Source of the DNA: Rhizophagus irregularis
Lineage: Eukaryota
DNA length: 64,000 nucleotides
Assembly: GCF_026210795.1 (NCBI RefSeq)
Contig: NC_089430.1
Location: 2,852,001 to 2,916,000, forward strand
Direction of reading: 5' to 3'
Below are positions 1 to 11,765 of this stretch, one piece after another. A model generated the notes under the pieces. The model had not been told where the DNA came from. It saw nothing but the letters and a program-made list of their open reading frames with translations, and made no database searches. Both the position numbers and the translations under genes were made by a program. Positions within the stretch are counted from its first letter, which is position 1. Every line of letters starts with the position of its first letter.

Positions 1-865
1 TAATTACGTCACGTTCGAATTCTGTAAGCTGTTTTTTTTAGCCATAGATAAAGAAAGTGTAAAGAAAAATGTTGGAAAAGAAAATAAACGGAAATGAGTA
101 TAACGTGAATTATGTAGTAATTGTGGAGTAAGTAGAGAGAGTAACAAAATCAGGATTCGTGCGATGTGTGTTAGTAGAACATTTCCTTCAAAAGTAAAAT
201 TTCTTATTTCTTTCAAAATGTTGTGAGTTTTCTCCTATTATTCTTTATACAATTTGGCACGTGAGGACCAGATGTGATCTTTAATGTCATTCATAATGAG
301 GTTCATAAAAGTTATAAAACTCTTGAAATGTAAAGCTTTCTTAAGGATATAATTGCAGAAAATGTCAGTAAGGGCACATGGTATCAAACCATGTATTAAA
401 AAGTAAAATGAGTGAGTTTTTGGTAATGTATAATCAAAAGTAGCGTTAAAAAAAGAGGACGAGTCTATAGTGTCCTAAAGGTGTCTAGGAAAATTGAATA
501 TTAGCGGTAGGGTATAAGAAATTACTTTTTTTTATGCGTGAACTTTGTAATTTCGATAATTTAATGCTTGTAATCGTATCATAAGGATTATGATTCATTC
601 ATTCTTTAGTGAAAGTCCAATCTATGTCACCTTATTTGATGAGATCGTGAATAAGGAATAATGAAGAATTATTAATTAATGAATGTTATTGCTCCATCTT
701 CTAATGTTGCGGTCTACTACCGCGATATTATTCCAATTAATGTATCCTAGACTTGTTTGTTGAAAAATGTATGATTAATAATAATAGGATTTCTGATTTC
801 AGATCCTACGTTAGCTAAAGAATCTGCCAAATCATTTTCTGCATTGTTAGAGTGAGCTAAGGTAT
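1..865 (-). pseudogene. Non-LTR retrotransposon pol fragment (end of RNase H through C-terminal region), degenerate
   Basis: Minus-strand reading near 800-860 gives LAHSNNAENDLADSLANVGS, the RNase H AHS..N..AD.LA motif. Further along it reads KDHIWSSRAKLYKE. Stops and frameshifts are present. Confidence 0.7.
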
Positions 866-2707
866 ATAATGATCTCTAATTATCAAATCTTAATAAATGA
901 TATGTAAGTGTCACGTGATCACAAATGAACAAATCACTAAACCATGTTTTAAACGCGCAATACAATTTCTCAACTAAAGTTATTTATTTTATTAATAAAA
1001 CTATATAATATTGTTATATATGAAATTATGCGAATTATTATGATTATTATAACAAACAAAATAAGAAAAAATTATATTTCATCAGGATTCCAATCCTCGT
1101 CATCTTCATCATTACTATTACATCTACGACGCGTAATAATAGGAAGTGTTGTATTATCAATAAGTACCTATGGGCCCAAATCTACTACATTTTCAATATT
1201 TAATATTTCATTAACGTCACTTGTTTCCACTTCATTACCTTCATTTGGAATTAATTCATCATCATCATCACTTTCATTAAACAAATCTCCTTCTTCAAAC
1301 ATATTATTTAACATTTGTTGAACATCATTATTTGATATTAAATCAGCATGATTTAAAGATTTTTGACCTTTTGTACTAAGGTTATAACGATAGATTTTTG
1401 CTATTGATTCAATTGTTTGGGCACTTAAATTCGTTCTTTTCTTTCCAAACATCCAACCAAGAGATGAAAAAAGACGCTCGCAACTAGCGGAATGAGGCGT
1501 AATTGAAAAAATAACTTTGCTAAGACGTGATAAAGAAGAGAATTTTCTATCAATAATTGAATTCCACCATAAATAAGGCACATCGTGTTCAGGCAAATAT
1601 TATGCATCATAGGGTTTAGCATTATCAAAATATGAATGAATCTGAGAATGTAATTCTAAACCAAATGCTTTTTTATGCCCAAGAGCTTTCCAAAGCCTAA
1701 GTGCGGCTTTTTGAATACGATCAAAATGTTGATTACGAACACCTAATCCTTAATAAACAAGCAATAAATAAATGTTAAATAAATTTTTTATTATATGGAT
1801 TACAAACCATCTTCCTTTAAATTTAAATTAATTATTAATTATTAATTACCTTTATAGTAAGGGTGAAGAAAAAATGCCAGAAGATAAATATCTTCATCGT
1901 ATTCTGCAAATCTATTGAAAATATAATAAATATATTATTTGTTTCAATTTTTTATAATTAAATTATAACTTACCTTTTATTAAAAATTCTAATGCAAGAG
2001 TTTTTCAAAGTCTTATAATCATCAATAGGCATTGATTTAACGTTAGCAGCTATTTTAAGAAATTGCAGATAACAATCTGCTAAATTTGTCTTTGTACCCT
2101 CCAACACTAGAATCGATTCTTTTATTGGTTTTAAAATATCAGATAATACACGCATATCGTCAAAAAAACCTCGTTTTTTTAAGATAGACTTGATATTATC
2201 ACTTGAAATTTCGTGATTATCTAAAACCTAATTAAAATTTAAAAAATTGTATTGTTAATGATTAAAATAATTTAACTATTCGAAACAATAATTATCTTAA
2301 AAAAAATACATGTTGTAGAGCATCTTTCAATCGCCATATGGAACTTGTACATTCAAATACCGTGGTTCATCTGGTTTTCACGTAAGTTTTTAGGCCGCCG
2401 CCTTGAATATTTTTTGTTTTAATGGCTTCTTCTAACCAGAATGCGGCAAGAGTTGAATATTTGAAAAATTTTGTAATAATGTTAGCGCGTCTAACAAGGT
2501 CTTTAACCTGTGGTATTTTTATGATATCAGAACTAATAAGATTAATGCAATGCGTGATGCACCAAACATTGATGATATTTGGATATTTTTTAGTGATGAT
2601 TCAATAGGCCGAAGCAACGTTAGACCCATGATCAGAAACTATAGCGACAAAATTTTCATTTTCAACTTTTTTAATAACCTCATCGATGACGTTCGCTATG
2701 TGTTGAC

Positions 2708-2951
2708 TAAGGTTGCTTGTCTAAAACTCTTCAAAATCCTACGATTAGTTTCGTCAAAATTTTACTATAGATTTATTATAGTTTTGGCAGAGTTTCAGCA
2801 GTTTCGGCATTTATAATAAGTTTCGGCAGTTTCGCCTTTCTCCAAAGTTTCGCCAGTTTTTTAATATAACTTTAATATAGTTTCAGCAGAATTTCGCTTT
2901 TTGGCGAAACGCCATCTTGCCTAAACCCCTAGGTTTCGGCAAGCAACTTTA
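2708..2951 (-). mobile_element. 244-bp hAT MITE, copy 1, inserted in the transposase ORF
   Basis: TIRs TAAGGTTGCTTG...CAAGCAACTTTA; exact 8-bp TSD GTGTTGAC (2700-2707 / 2952-2959). Confidence 0.95.
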
Positions 2952-2998
2952 GTGTTGACCTGTATGTTTAGTACTTGAAAGATCTTCAAGACTCCAAA

Positions 2999-4365
2999 TA
3001 GTGTTCCAAAAAAAATCTGATCCGATTCATATCCGTGGATCTGATCTGAAATAGATCAGATCAGATCAGATTTTTTATGATCTGTGATCTGATCTGAATC
3101 AAAAAAATTTGATCTATTACGGATTGAATCATATCGGATCAGTTATTCGTTCAAATTGAATCAGATTGAATCAGATTTGAACGGATTCAGATCAGATTCG
3201 GATCGGATCTGAATAAAAAATGTTTCACGCAACGTTTTTATTAAGACAATTAAAAACCATTGCGAAACAGATTTTTTTATTAAATTAAAATAAAAAACGT
3301 TTTGCAACATTTTTTATTGTCTTAATAAAAAACATTGCACAAACCAGTTTTTTTTAGTTATATAAACCATTTCGCAACGGTTTATATTAAAATCGTTAAA
3401 AAACCGTTGCAAAACAGTTTTTTTAACGGTTTATATTAAAATCTTTAAAAAAACTGTTGCGAAACGGTTTTTTTAGTTAGATAAACTGTTTCGCAACGGT
3501 TTATATTAAAATCTTTAAAAACCCGTTGCAAAACAGTTTTTTAGTTAGATAAACCATTTCGCAACAGTTTATATTAAAATCTTTAAAAAAATCATTGCAA
3601 AACGGTTTTTTTTAGTTAGATAAACCATTTCGCAACGATTTATATTAAAATCTTTAAAAAAACCATTGCGAAACAGTTTTTTTTAGTTAGATAAACCATT
3701 TCGCAACGGTTTATATTAAAATCTTTAAAAAAACCGTTGCAAAACGGTTTTTTTTAGTTAGATAAACTATTTCGCAACAGTTTATATTAAAATCTTTAAA
3801 AAAACTGTTGTGAAATGGTCTTTTTTAGTTAGATAAACCGTTTTGCAACAGTTTATATTAAAATCTTTAAAAAAACCGTTGCAAAACGGTCTTTTTTTAG
3901 TTAGATAAACTGTTTCGCAACAGTTTATATTAATATCTTTAAAAAAACTGCTGCAAAATGGTCTTTTTTAGTTAGATAAACCATTTCGCAATGATTTATA
4001 TTAATATCTTAAAAAAACTGTTGCGAAACGGTCTTTTTTAGTTAGATAAACCATTTCGCAACAGTTTTTTTTAGTTAGATAAACCGTTTTGCAATGGTTT
4101 TTTTTCATTTAAATTGAAATAAAATCTCTAAAAAAACGTTGCGAACCGTTTTTTTAATTTCTGATTTGGATTAGATTCGGATCAGATCGGTTTTATCTGA
4201 ATTGGATTCAGACCGAATCAAGTTCATTTCTGATTCAAATTTGATCGGATCCAATTATTTTTGATCTGAATTCGGATCAGATCAAATCCAATTTTTTTTG
4301 ATCCGAATTCGGATCGGATCGGATTCATCTCAAATCCGATCTGATTCGATCCGTTCAGAACACTA
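2999..4365. mobile_element. 1367-bp non-autonomous hAT element with subterminal pentamer repeats and an internal palindromic tandem array
   Basis: TIRs TAGTGTTC...GAACACTA; 8-bp TSD ACTCCAAA/ACTCTAAA (7/8 match); TCGGA/TCAGA/ATCCG repeats at both ends. Confidence 0.9.
3225..4155. repeat. Tandem array of ~70-bp units built from alternating inverted 20-bp motifs
   Basis: About 10 units of GTTAGAT-AAACCGTTTCGCAACGGTTT-ATATTAAAATCTTTAAAA-AAACCGTTGCGAAACGGTTT; the two 20-mers are reverse complements of each other. Confidence 0.9.
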
Positions 4366-5588
4366 ACTCTAAAGGTACTCTTTTCTTGAACCTGTCAACA
4401 ACATGAACGCCCAAAGACTATTTCTGTGTGAGTCAGACCACCCGTCTAGCACTAGTAAATTGAATTTAATAAAAAATATAATTATTTAAACAATAATAAT
4501 ATAAAAAATCTTACCAATTGTAAGATTGGATTCATTATTTAACTCATTTACAATTCGTATATTCACGTGAGACAATACTGCCTTCAAATAGGTGCCACTT
4601 AAAGTTTGTTTTGAAGGAAGATCATACCCAGGTTGTAATGTTTTCATTAAATCGACGAACCACAGGTTTTCAATAGTACTGAATGGAATATTACACATAA
4701 TAAACGCTTTGTTATTGAACGATCAATGCTATTAGAATATCTTTTTTCCAACTTTTTTGTTTTGTAAAAATTTGAGAGAGATGTTTAATTACTGTATTTT
4801 TGCTTTTTTTTAGGTACTTCTGAGTCGGAATTACTATCATTTTCGTCATCTTCATCTTCTTTCATTTTTTTACCAACAATCCTAGCAAAATATAGCGCAA
4901 CATCTTGCGGGCAGTTTTTACAATGATTAGCAAGATGTTGTCGAAGAACACAAGGTTTTCCATATTTCCATGTACAGTTACAATATGTACAAGTTGCGGT
5001 ATAATGTCCTCTTGATTGTTGCTGGCCTTTTATCATGTATTCCCACACATCTGAAAATGGACGACCTCTATCTGGATTAGACATAATTAAGGTAGCAAGA
5101 AACTGAAGAAATAATAAGTAAGAAACAAAAAAATAAATTTTGAAAGTCAAAAAAAAAATAACGAGAAAAGGGGAAAAGAAATGTTGAAGTTTATCAAAAA
5201 TCTACAGCCTGTGTAATCGATCAGCTGAAATTCCGAATGTCACTATCCTATTTCTAATTACGTAGCAAATTTTTTTTATTTCGGTTTTTTAAATCAATTT
5301 TTAAAATATTTTTATCTTTTTTTCAAATTTTTCTAATCATTTTTTTGTTTTTTTTTTATTTTTATTTTTGTTTTTTTATATTTTTTGTTTAATAGCGCCT
5401 CCAGGAATTCATTTTATTAGGTTTGCTGCTAAAACTTATTTACTTGGACATTCTGGAGCAGTAATTATAAAAAAAGGGAATTGGAAATTTTTGATTTACT
5501 GATTTACTGATATCGATAATCTACATGTAGTGATGTAGGGTTCTTAATTGAGTCAATGTTCAGTAATTCAATTATGATCGATCACACG

Positions 5589-5832
5589 TAAGGTTGCTTG
5601 CCGAAACCTAAGGGTTTAGGCAAGATGGCGTTTTGCCAAAAAGCGAAATTCTGCCGAAACTATATTAAAGTTATATTAAAAAACTGGCGAAACTTTGGAG
5701 AAAGGCGAAACTGCCGAAACTTATTATAAATGCCGAAACTGCCGAAACTCTGCCGAAACTATAATAAATCTATAGTAAAATTTTGACGAAATTAATCGTA
5801 GGATTTTGAGGAGGTTTAGACAAGCAACCTTA
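5589..5832 (+). mobile_element. 244-bp hAT MITE, copy 2
   Basis: TIRs TAAGGTTGCTTG/CAAGCAACCTTA; exact TSD ATCACACG (5581-5588 / 5833-5840). Confidence 0.95.
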
Positions 5833-5879
5833 ATCACACGTGATCAATAATTCAATTTTTATATTTGTGAATAAATGGA

Positions 5880-6965
5880 ATATTGCCATAATACAGTGAT
5901 CGATTTGACTATTTTCAACTTTTTCTCCAATTAAAGACATCATTTAAAAGACAAAATAGATTGGACCTTCACCAAAGAATGGATTAATTATAATTCTCTT
6001 GACGTCATCACCAGCGAAAAACTATCGAAAATCCAGGGAACACGTATTAAAAAATGCAACTTTATCTACCCAACGGCGGACATACAACAGCGAAATTACC
6101 CTAAGTTATATCCTCCGAACATACTCCCGTATACACAATGTCAACTACTTCCCGACGATAATGAACACATAGGCCTCTGTAGAGTACACAGAGATTTTTG
6201 TCGTAATTTATTGATCAAATACAAACACATATTGTATGACACCATCAAAGATATTAATGACGCTCCTTTGCCTTCTATAATGGAAACAATCGATAACTCA
6301 CCTATGTTTTCGACTAATTTGAATACTACTCTTTCCAAAAATCACCCACTTTATTTGTTAATACACCATTTAACTCCAAAAGACCTATCTTGTATATTTA
6401 TAAATTTTGTGCGAAAGAAAAAGCTCGTTATCAGGCTTTTCACTCTTTCATGAACTGTATCACATCAGAGATAGATATTCATATATGGAATAATAGACGC
6501 CAACATTTCAAAGAATGGGAAAAACTATCGGGATCTCCATGAGAAAAAAGAAAACTTACTGCAAGCGATACTCCCAGCACGTCCCTATTCAAAGTGGATC
6601 TGATGGTTCTGCTTCTCAAGTAAAAACAAGAGCTGTTCATTACGCTAACGTTAACCACCATCCTCCATCTCTCCTGTACGACCATTTGGGGTACTACATA
6701 ACCCTACGGCACACATCAGATGGACATCAAGTAACTTTTTACATTCGGGATCATGGGAATCCCATAGGGATAACTTTTTTTTCGATAATATAGATTTATT
6801 TTCTTTTTTTAATTATTCTATTTTAATCACGAGACCCATCATTTAGATAGTTTAATTTTTAAGTCACTCCTATTGTATAATCTTTCCCAGCTTTAGGCTG
6901 ACTAGTTCCGCAGGCTGCTCCCATTTCTCTTCATCTTCAAGACCAGGTATAAAAATAAAAATAAA
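5880..6965 (+). pseudogene. Non-LTR retrotransposon 3' fragment (zinc-knuckle C-terminal region and 3' end)
   Basis: Reads IDWTFTKEWINY...PTADIQQRNYPKLYP...YTQC...EHIGLC and later IWNNRRQHFKEWE. Ends in an A-rich tail (TAAAAATAAAAATAAAA, ~6950). Confidence 0.65.
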
Positions 6966-7388
6966 ATATTTTTATTTGTAAAACTAGTTTTATTACTTTC
7001 GTAACGTGAAATATTAAGTTTTAATAATTAATAAATTATTTTTTTTAAGACAAAAGCTTAATTACTATTAAGCAAAAAAGCTGGAGAATTTAATGGTATG
7101 TTTTGAATTTAAATGAAATACTGTATATATTTATTATATTTTTAACTGACTATTATTTTATAGGTACGATTCCAGTTTTGGATTAAATTTCATTTTCGTG
7201 ATCCTTGATCTCAAATTCCAATTTATGAAGAATTTTCTTATGACGTGGTTACTAAAAAATTATAACCGATCAGCGGCTCATAGCCAACGAACATTATTGT
7301 TCCATGATACAAAAATTAGTTGTAATCCTTAACGATTTATTGGAAATAGTAATTTTTGTTTATTTAGTTGTGGTATGTGTGGTATAAT

Positions 7389-7623
7389 TAAGGTTGCTTG
7401 CCGAAACCTAGGGGTTTAGGCAAGATGGCGTTTCACCGAAAAGCGAAATTCTGCCGAAACTATATTAAAGTTATATTAAAAAACTGGCGAAACTTTGGAG
7501 AAAGGCGAAACTGCCAAAACTTATTATAAATGCCAAAACTCTGCCGAAACTATAATAAATCTATAGTAAAATTTTGACGAAACTAATCGTAGGATTTTGA
7601 AGAGGTTTAGACAAGCAACCTTA
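7389..7623 (+). mobile_element. hAT MITE, copy 3 (235 bp; one internal 9-bp repeat unit lost)
   Basis: Same TIRs as the other copies; exact TSD GGTATAAT (7381-7388 / 7624-7631). Confidence 0.95.
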
Positions 7624-8524
7624 GGTATAATACAAAATGGTAATCAAGGAAAATATAGTAGATTTAACGGAAGTAAGTACTGATTTTTTTTAAATAGAGA
7701 GAGTGGAATTGAAAGTCTTTTTTAGAAAAAAATTAATTATTATTTATTATTTTTTATTTTAGAAATGTGGTTTGCTAATAATTCCGCCATATCATTGGGT
7801 TATTGTGGTTTATCAACTTCTAGAACTATATTTAATTGTACTCCTTTTTCTTCTAAAAATTCTTACTCATCTGTATATAGAATGATTTAGCCATAATTAG
7901 TAAGTCTTTTTAAGTATAAAATAAAATAATATAAATTATAAATCATATATTAAATAAAATCAAGATTAAAAACGTTCAACTATTGCACAATTGGTACAAA
8001 CTTTAGAAGGAAAATGGTAAATTTGAAATTTTTTAATAGAAAGGTTAAAATTTAAATTTCTGGATTAGGAAGATTAGGAGGACTTGGAGGATTGCTCGAG
8101 TAATTCTTTATAGGAATTGCTTCAACTAACGCATTAAATTCATAACCATCTATTTTAAAATTTGTTTGTAGTGATAATAAGAGAATTTCCTAACAATAAA
8201 AATTTGTCTCAATTAGGGATGATATTTAATACATAAATCCATTTGTATAAATTACCGTATATAGCTTCGTTATGTTGTTATAATAATAAAAAAAATTTGC
8301 GAATATAAACTATATGGAGATATATTAATTAATTAACCAGTAAAATCTCAAATTTTAATGTCAACTACACGGTTTTATTAAATTTTAGCGAAAAAAATTT
8401 TTTGTGATAAAAAATTAAATTATTTAATTGATCGATAATTCTTTTCCAATTAATTGATCGATAAAAGATTAATTGACAAATCTACAAATTTAAATTCCCT
8501 ATCTACATGTATCATATGATATAA

Positions 8525-8699
8525 ATAGTGGAATATTTGCAGAAATTGTGAAATATTTGCGGAATTGCGAAATACTTGCGGAATTGCTGATAATTGCTAA
8601 TTACAGAATTGCAGATAATTCAACTTCAAAATTCGCAATATTCCACAATACCGTAAATCGCAATTATTCTGCAATTACCTATTTGCGGCACCATCCTTA
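8525..8699. mobile_element. Solo terminus of another DNA transposon (hAT-like end with GCGGAATTGC subterminal repeats)
   Basis: Ends ...GCGGCACCATCCTTA (reverse complement TAAGGATGG), preceded by clustered TTGCGGAA/GCAAT motifs. No partner TIR found. Confidence 0.4.
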
Positions 8700-9287
8700 G
8701 TCTAGCCCAATTCGAAGTTAATGAAAACCCTGTGTGGACTACAGATTTAGGGGGGATACCTGTACAGTGATTTCCAGCTAAGTGGACTCTTAAAGAAAGA
8801 AAACAACGTGAGAAGTTCCAAGCTACGATTAGAAACATTTCAGATTCTATGACGTTAGCAGCTTTATGGAAAGATAGCCGCTCACATTCATTCCTTTCTG
8901 CCGTAAAAGGTTTGAAAAGTTTTAAAATTATACAAACAGCTAAGGGGGATCGTAAGTTTATTGGTTATTTTGAAAAGTGGGTTGATATGCGAACAGCATT
9001 AGATAATCAATATACTTGGGAACAAGTGAACCTGTCTTGAAATCGACACGTACCTCCAAAGCAACCAACAAGGTCATAAGGTAATAATACCAACAAGAAT
9101 CAAAGAACTTCAGGAAGTCAACAGACCCAGAAAAAATAGCAGAATTCTTCGAAGAATTCTAAGAAGAAACCACAAGAGACAAAGTCTGATAAAAAATCCA
9201 AGAAGGATAAAAAAGACAAGTCCTGTAAAGCATCAAGATTAAAGATCTTAGTGGAAATTATAAATGTTTTGCGTAAATTAATTTAGT
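8700..9287 (+). pseudogene. Fragment of a repeat-family ORF, probably ORF1/gag-like of a non-LTR element
   Basis: Reads GIPVQ*FPAKWTLKERKQREKFQATIRNI...GYFEKWVDM followed by a Lys-rich tail. 5'-truncated with nonsense mutations. Family assignment is from recall, not verified. Confidence 0.45.
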
Positions 9288-9701
9288 TTAGATTAATTTA
9301 GATTTCACAAATTTATTATTTTATTTTACTTAGTGCAATAAATAAAAAACTAATTTTATCCTAGTCAGGTTTTTAGGGCAAAGGAAATAGGTCATTTTCC
9401 CAAATTGAGGATTATGACACTATAGTGTAGGTATTAAATAGAACTTATATAGAAACTAGTTGGATAGTTTTCGTTTTAGTTCATCATATTGCCTGCTTTC
9501 ATATGTATAAGTTATTAGACTTCTCATATGTATTGATCTTTAACATTTATCGCTAATAAAAAAATAAAAAAAATAAAAAAACAAATCAGCCCATATGTTT
9601 TCATTACCAGTAGTATCACTACTTTCACAACCGATGTTAATAAACATTTTCTTTAAAAATCTTCTCAAATTCATCTTAATAGAATTTGTGATTTAGGTTT
9701 A

Positions 9702-10137
9702 CAGTCAGACCTCTATGTACCGATATTGTTATTTTAGGAAAAATATATCGGTATATCAAATTATCGTTATATAACCGTCATCAGTGAATCATAATGCGGG
9801 CTAAAATCCAATTCTTGCCAGCATTATTATGTAAACTCTGGATAGCTAATATATTAAAATGTCATGTAATTTGGATGGAACCTTTATGTTAACTTCGATT
9901 AAATTCATGATGTTGACGAATTAATACTTAAATTACTTTTAAAGTATTAGTACATCGTTACTTTTTATGTATTAATTATAAAGGGCAAAGAAAAGTATCA
10001 GTACATATTACATCGTGAAACTATATATAATATCGGTACAATGAGATTTTTTTATTAATTGTGAAACGGAACATAAAAAATTTATCAGTACAGGCAATTA
10101 TCGGTACATAGGATATTGGTATATAGAGGTCTGACTG
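9702..10137. mobile_element. Tc1/mariner (pogo-like) MITE, 436 bp
   Basis: TIRs CAGTCAGACCTCTATGTACCGATAT / ATATTGGTATATAGAGGTCTGACTG, flanked by TA on both sides. Confidence 0.9.
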
Positions 10138-10479
10138 TATTTACCAACATCAATAACAATACGCATCAATCCTATACAAATAAACATTCAGCCACATGAC
10201 AGGTTATCTTTAACTTCTTTATGTCTATCAAGATATATAGTCCTAATCCAACTCCTCACTCTGTAAGTGGAAAAGGTTTTGCAATATCGCTAAATAGAAG
10301 AAATACTATTATAAACATCGTCACCACTCTGCTAAACATAACCAATATCAACATAACAATATAACAGTTTCACATTCATCCTCATTATCATGTCCTCCTG
10401 TACCTTTTCCATCATTACTGAAGTTACCATTACCGACGTGCAGTCTGAACGCTTTACTGATCCTATTATAGAGCTGACA

Positions 10480-11765
10480 CCTATATAAAAATATGAGAAA
10501 AATTAAAAAAAATAAATTAAAAAAAATAAATTAAAAAAATAAAATATGAAAAATCAAAAAAAAAATAAATTAAAAATATAAATTTCGAATTTTAAATCAA
10601 AACTTACCAGATCAAAGTTCTAAAGTTGAAGGAGGTAACACCTATAAAAAATATGAGAAATTAAAAAAAAAAATAAATTAAAAAAAATAAAAGTTTCAAA
10701 TTTCAAATTGAAACTTACCAGATCAAAGTTTCAAAGCCAAAGGAGGTGACACCTATTAAGAAAAATTAAAAAAAAAATAAATTAAAAAATAATGTTTTGA
10801 ATTTTCAAATTAAAACTTACCATATTAGTATATTCAAGTCCAAAGTCGAAAACTAATATCTACAAAAAAAAAAAAATTAAAAAAAATCAAAAAGAAAAAA
10901 AATATATATGTAAGTTTTGCTTCAAACTTACCAATTCGAAGAAGCTGATATTTAAAAAAAAAATAAAGTTAAATTGAATTTTTTTTCAAAAAAAAAATTT
11001 ACTAAAAAAAATTTTAAAGGAAACTTACCAATTCAAAGCCCAGAGACAAGATGATATCTACAAAAATAAGTTTTGAAGGCGAAGAGCAAAGTCTAAGATT
11101 GCTGGAGAAACTAGGAGGTTTTGGCAAGTTGGTGAAATGCCGAAATAGCGAAACTTTGCCGAAACTATATGAAAGTCTTATTAAAAAGTTGGCAAAACTC
11201 TGGAGAAAAGTGAAACCTGACGAAACTTATTATAAATGCTGAAACTGCTGAAACCTTGCCAAACCTATAATAAAACTATAGTAAAATTTTGGAAAAACTA
11301 ATTGTAGAATTTTGGAGAAGTTTAGGCAGGCGGACACGCAAAGTCAAAGCTGATATATACTAAAAAAAAGAAAAAAAAATTAGTTTAAAAAAAAAATAAA
11401 GTTTTAAAAGAAATAAAACTTATAAAACTTTACCAATTTAAAGTGTAATGTCAAAGCTAATAAATAAGGATCCCAAAATATACATAAAAGGGTCAAGTCA
11501 GAGTTTGCATATAATGAGTCAAAAAAATTATGTAGATCATTCCTTTTATGAATAATCCCAGCCAAAATAATATTTTCTAATTTAGATAATGGCTGAAATT
11601 ATCATAATTCTGGTCCCGAAAGAATACGTATTTTGGACCACTTCTGGACCTCGACCTCTACATATATATTTCGGGTCCCGATAAATACCTAAAAAAAAAA
11701 TTAGTTTTAAAAAAAAATAAAGTTCTGAAAGAAACTTTTAAAACTTTACCAATTCAATACCTAAA
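10480..11765 (-). repeat. Array of repeated intron plus micro-exon units
   Basis: Repeated (T)n..TAG | 11-39-nt exon | GTAAG pattern on the minus strand; the 34-nt exons 10608-10641 and 10719-10752 are paralogous. Confidence 0.7.
11094..11337 (+). mobile_element. Diverged hAT MITE, copy 4 (244 bp, older subfamily)
   Basis: Colinear with the other copies. The left TIR is TAAGATTGCTGG and the right TIR is decayed, but the 8-bp TSD GCAAAGTC is exact (11086-11093 / 11338-11345). Confidence 0.85.

Larger units (their letters stand above)
1080..5084 (-). pseudogene. hAT-superfamily transposase pseudogene (zf-BED, RNase H-like DDE, dimerisation domain), intron-containing and interrupted by two insertions
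   Basis: BED finger VWEY...CTYC...LRQHLANHC (4900-5050). LDGWSD (~4440), VSDHGSNV (~2630), CITH and HSASCERLFSSLGW (~1450-1495) are the hAT catalytic/dimerisation motifs. In-frame TGA stops occur. The frame rejoins across both insertions: RKEYL|WSLEDLSSTKHTGQH|IANVIDEV. Confidence 0.9.

Noticed and set aside
1028..1321. Ser-rich 97-aa ORF
   Set aside because: Antisense shadow of the acidic transposase C-terminus.
2550..2816. 88-aa plus-strand ORF (also 11051-11242)
   Set aside because: Antisense to the hAT transposase and/or running through MITE sequence; not a gene.
3225..4155. CRISPR-like regularly spaced palindromic repeats
   Set aside because: The spacers are themselves repeated rather than unique, there are no cas genes, the context is eukaryotic, and the array lies inside a TIR/TSD-bounded element.
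870..5870. Terminal inverted repeats of the large hAT element
   Set aside because: Only short CACGTGATC motifs near 912 and 5837 were found; no convincing TIR pair or TSD.
7150..8290. Possible spliced minus-strand gene
   Set aside because: Splice-like sites and coding-like patches exist, but there are many stops and no recognisable domain.
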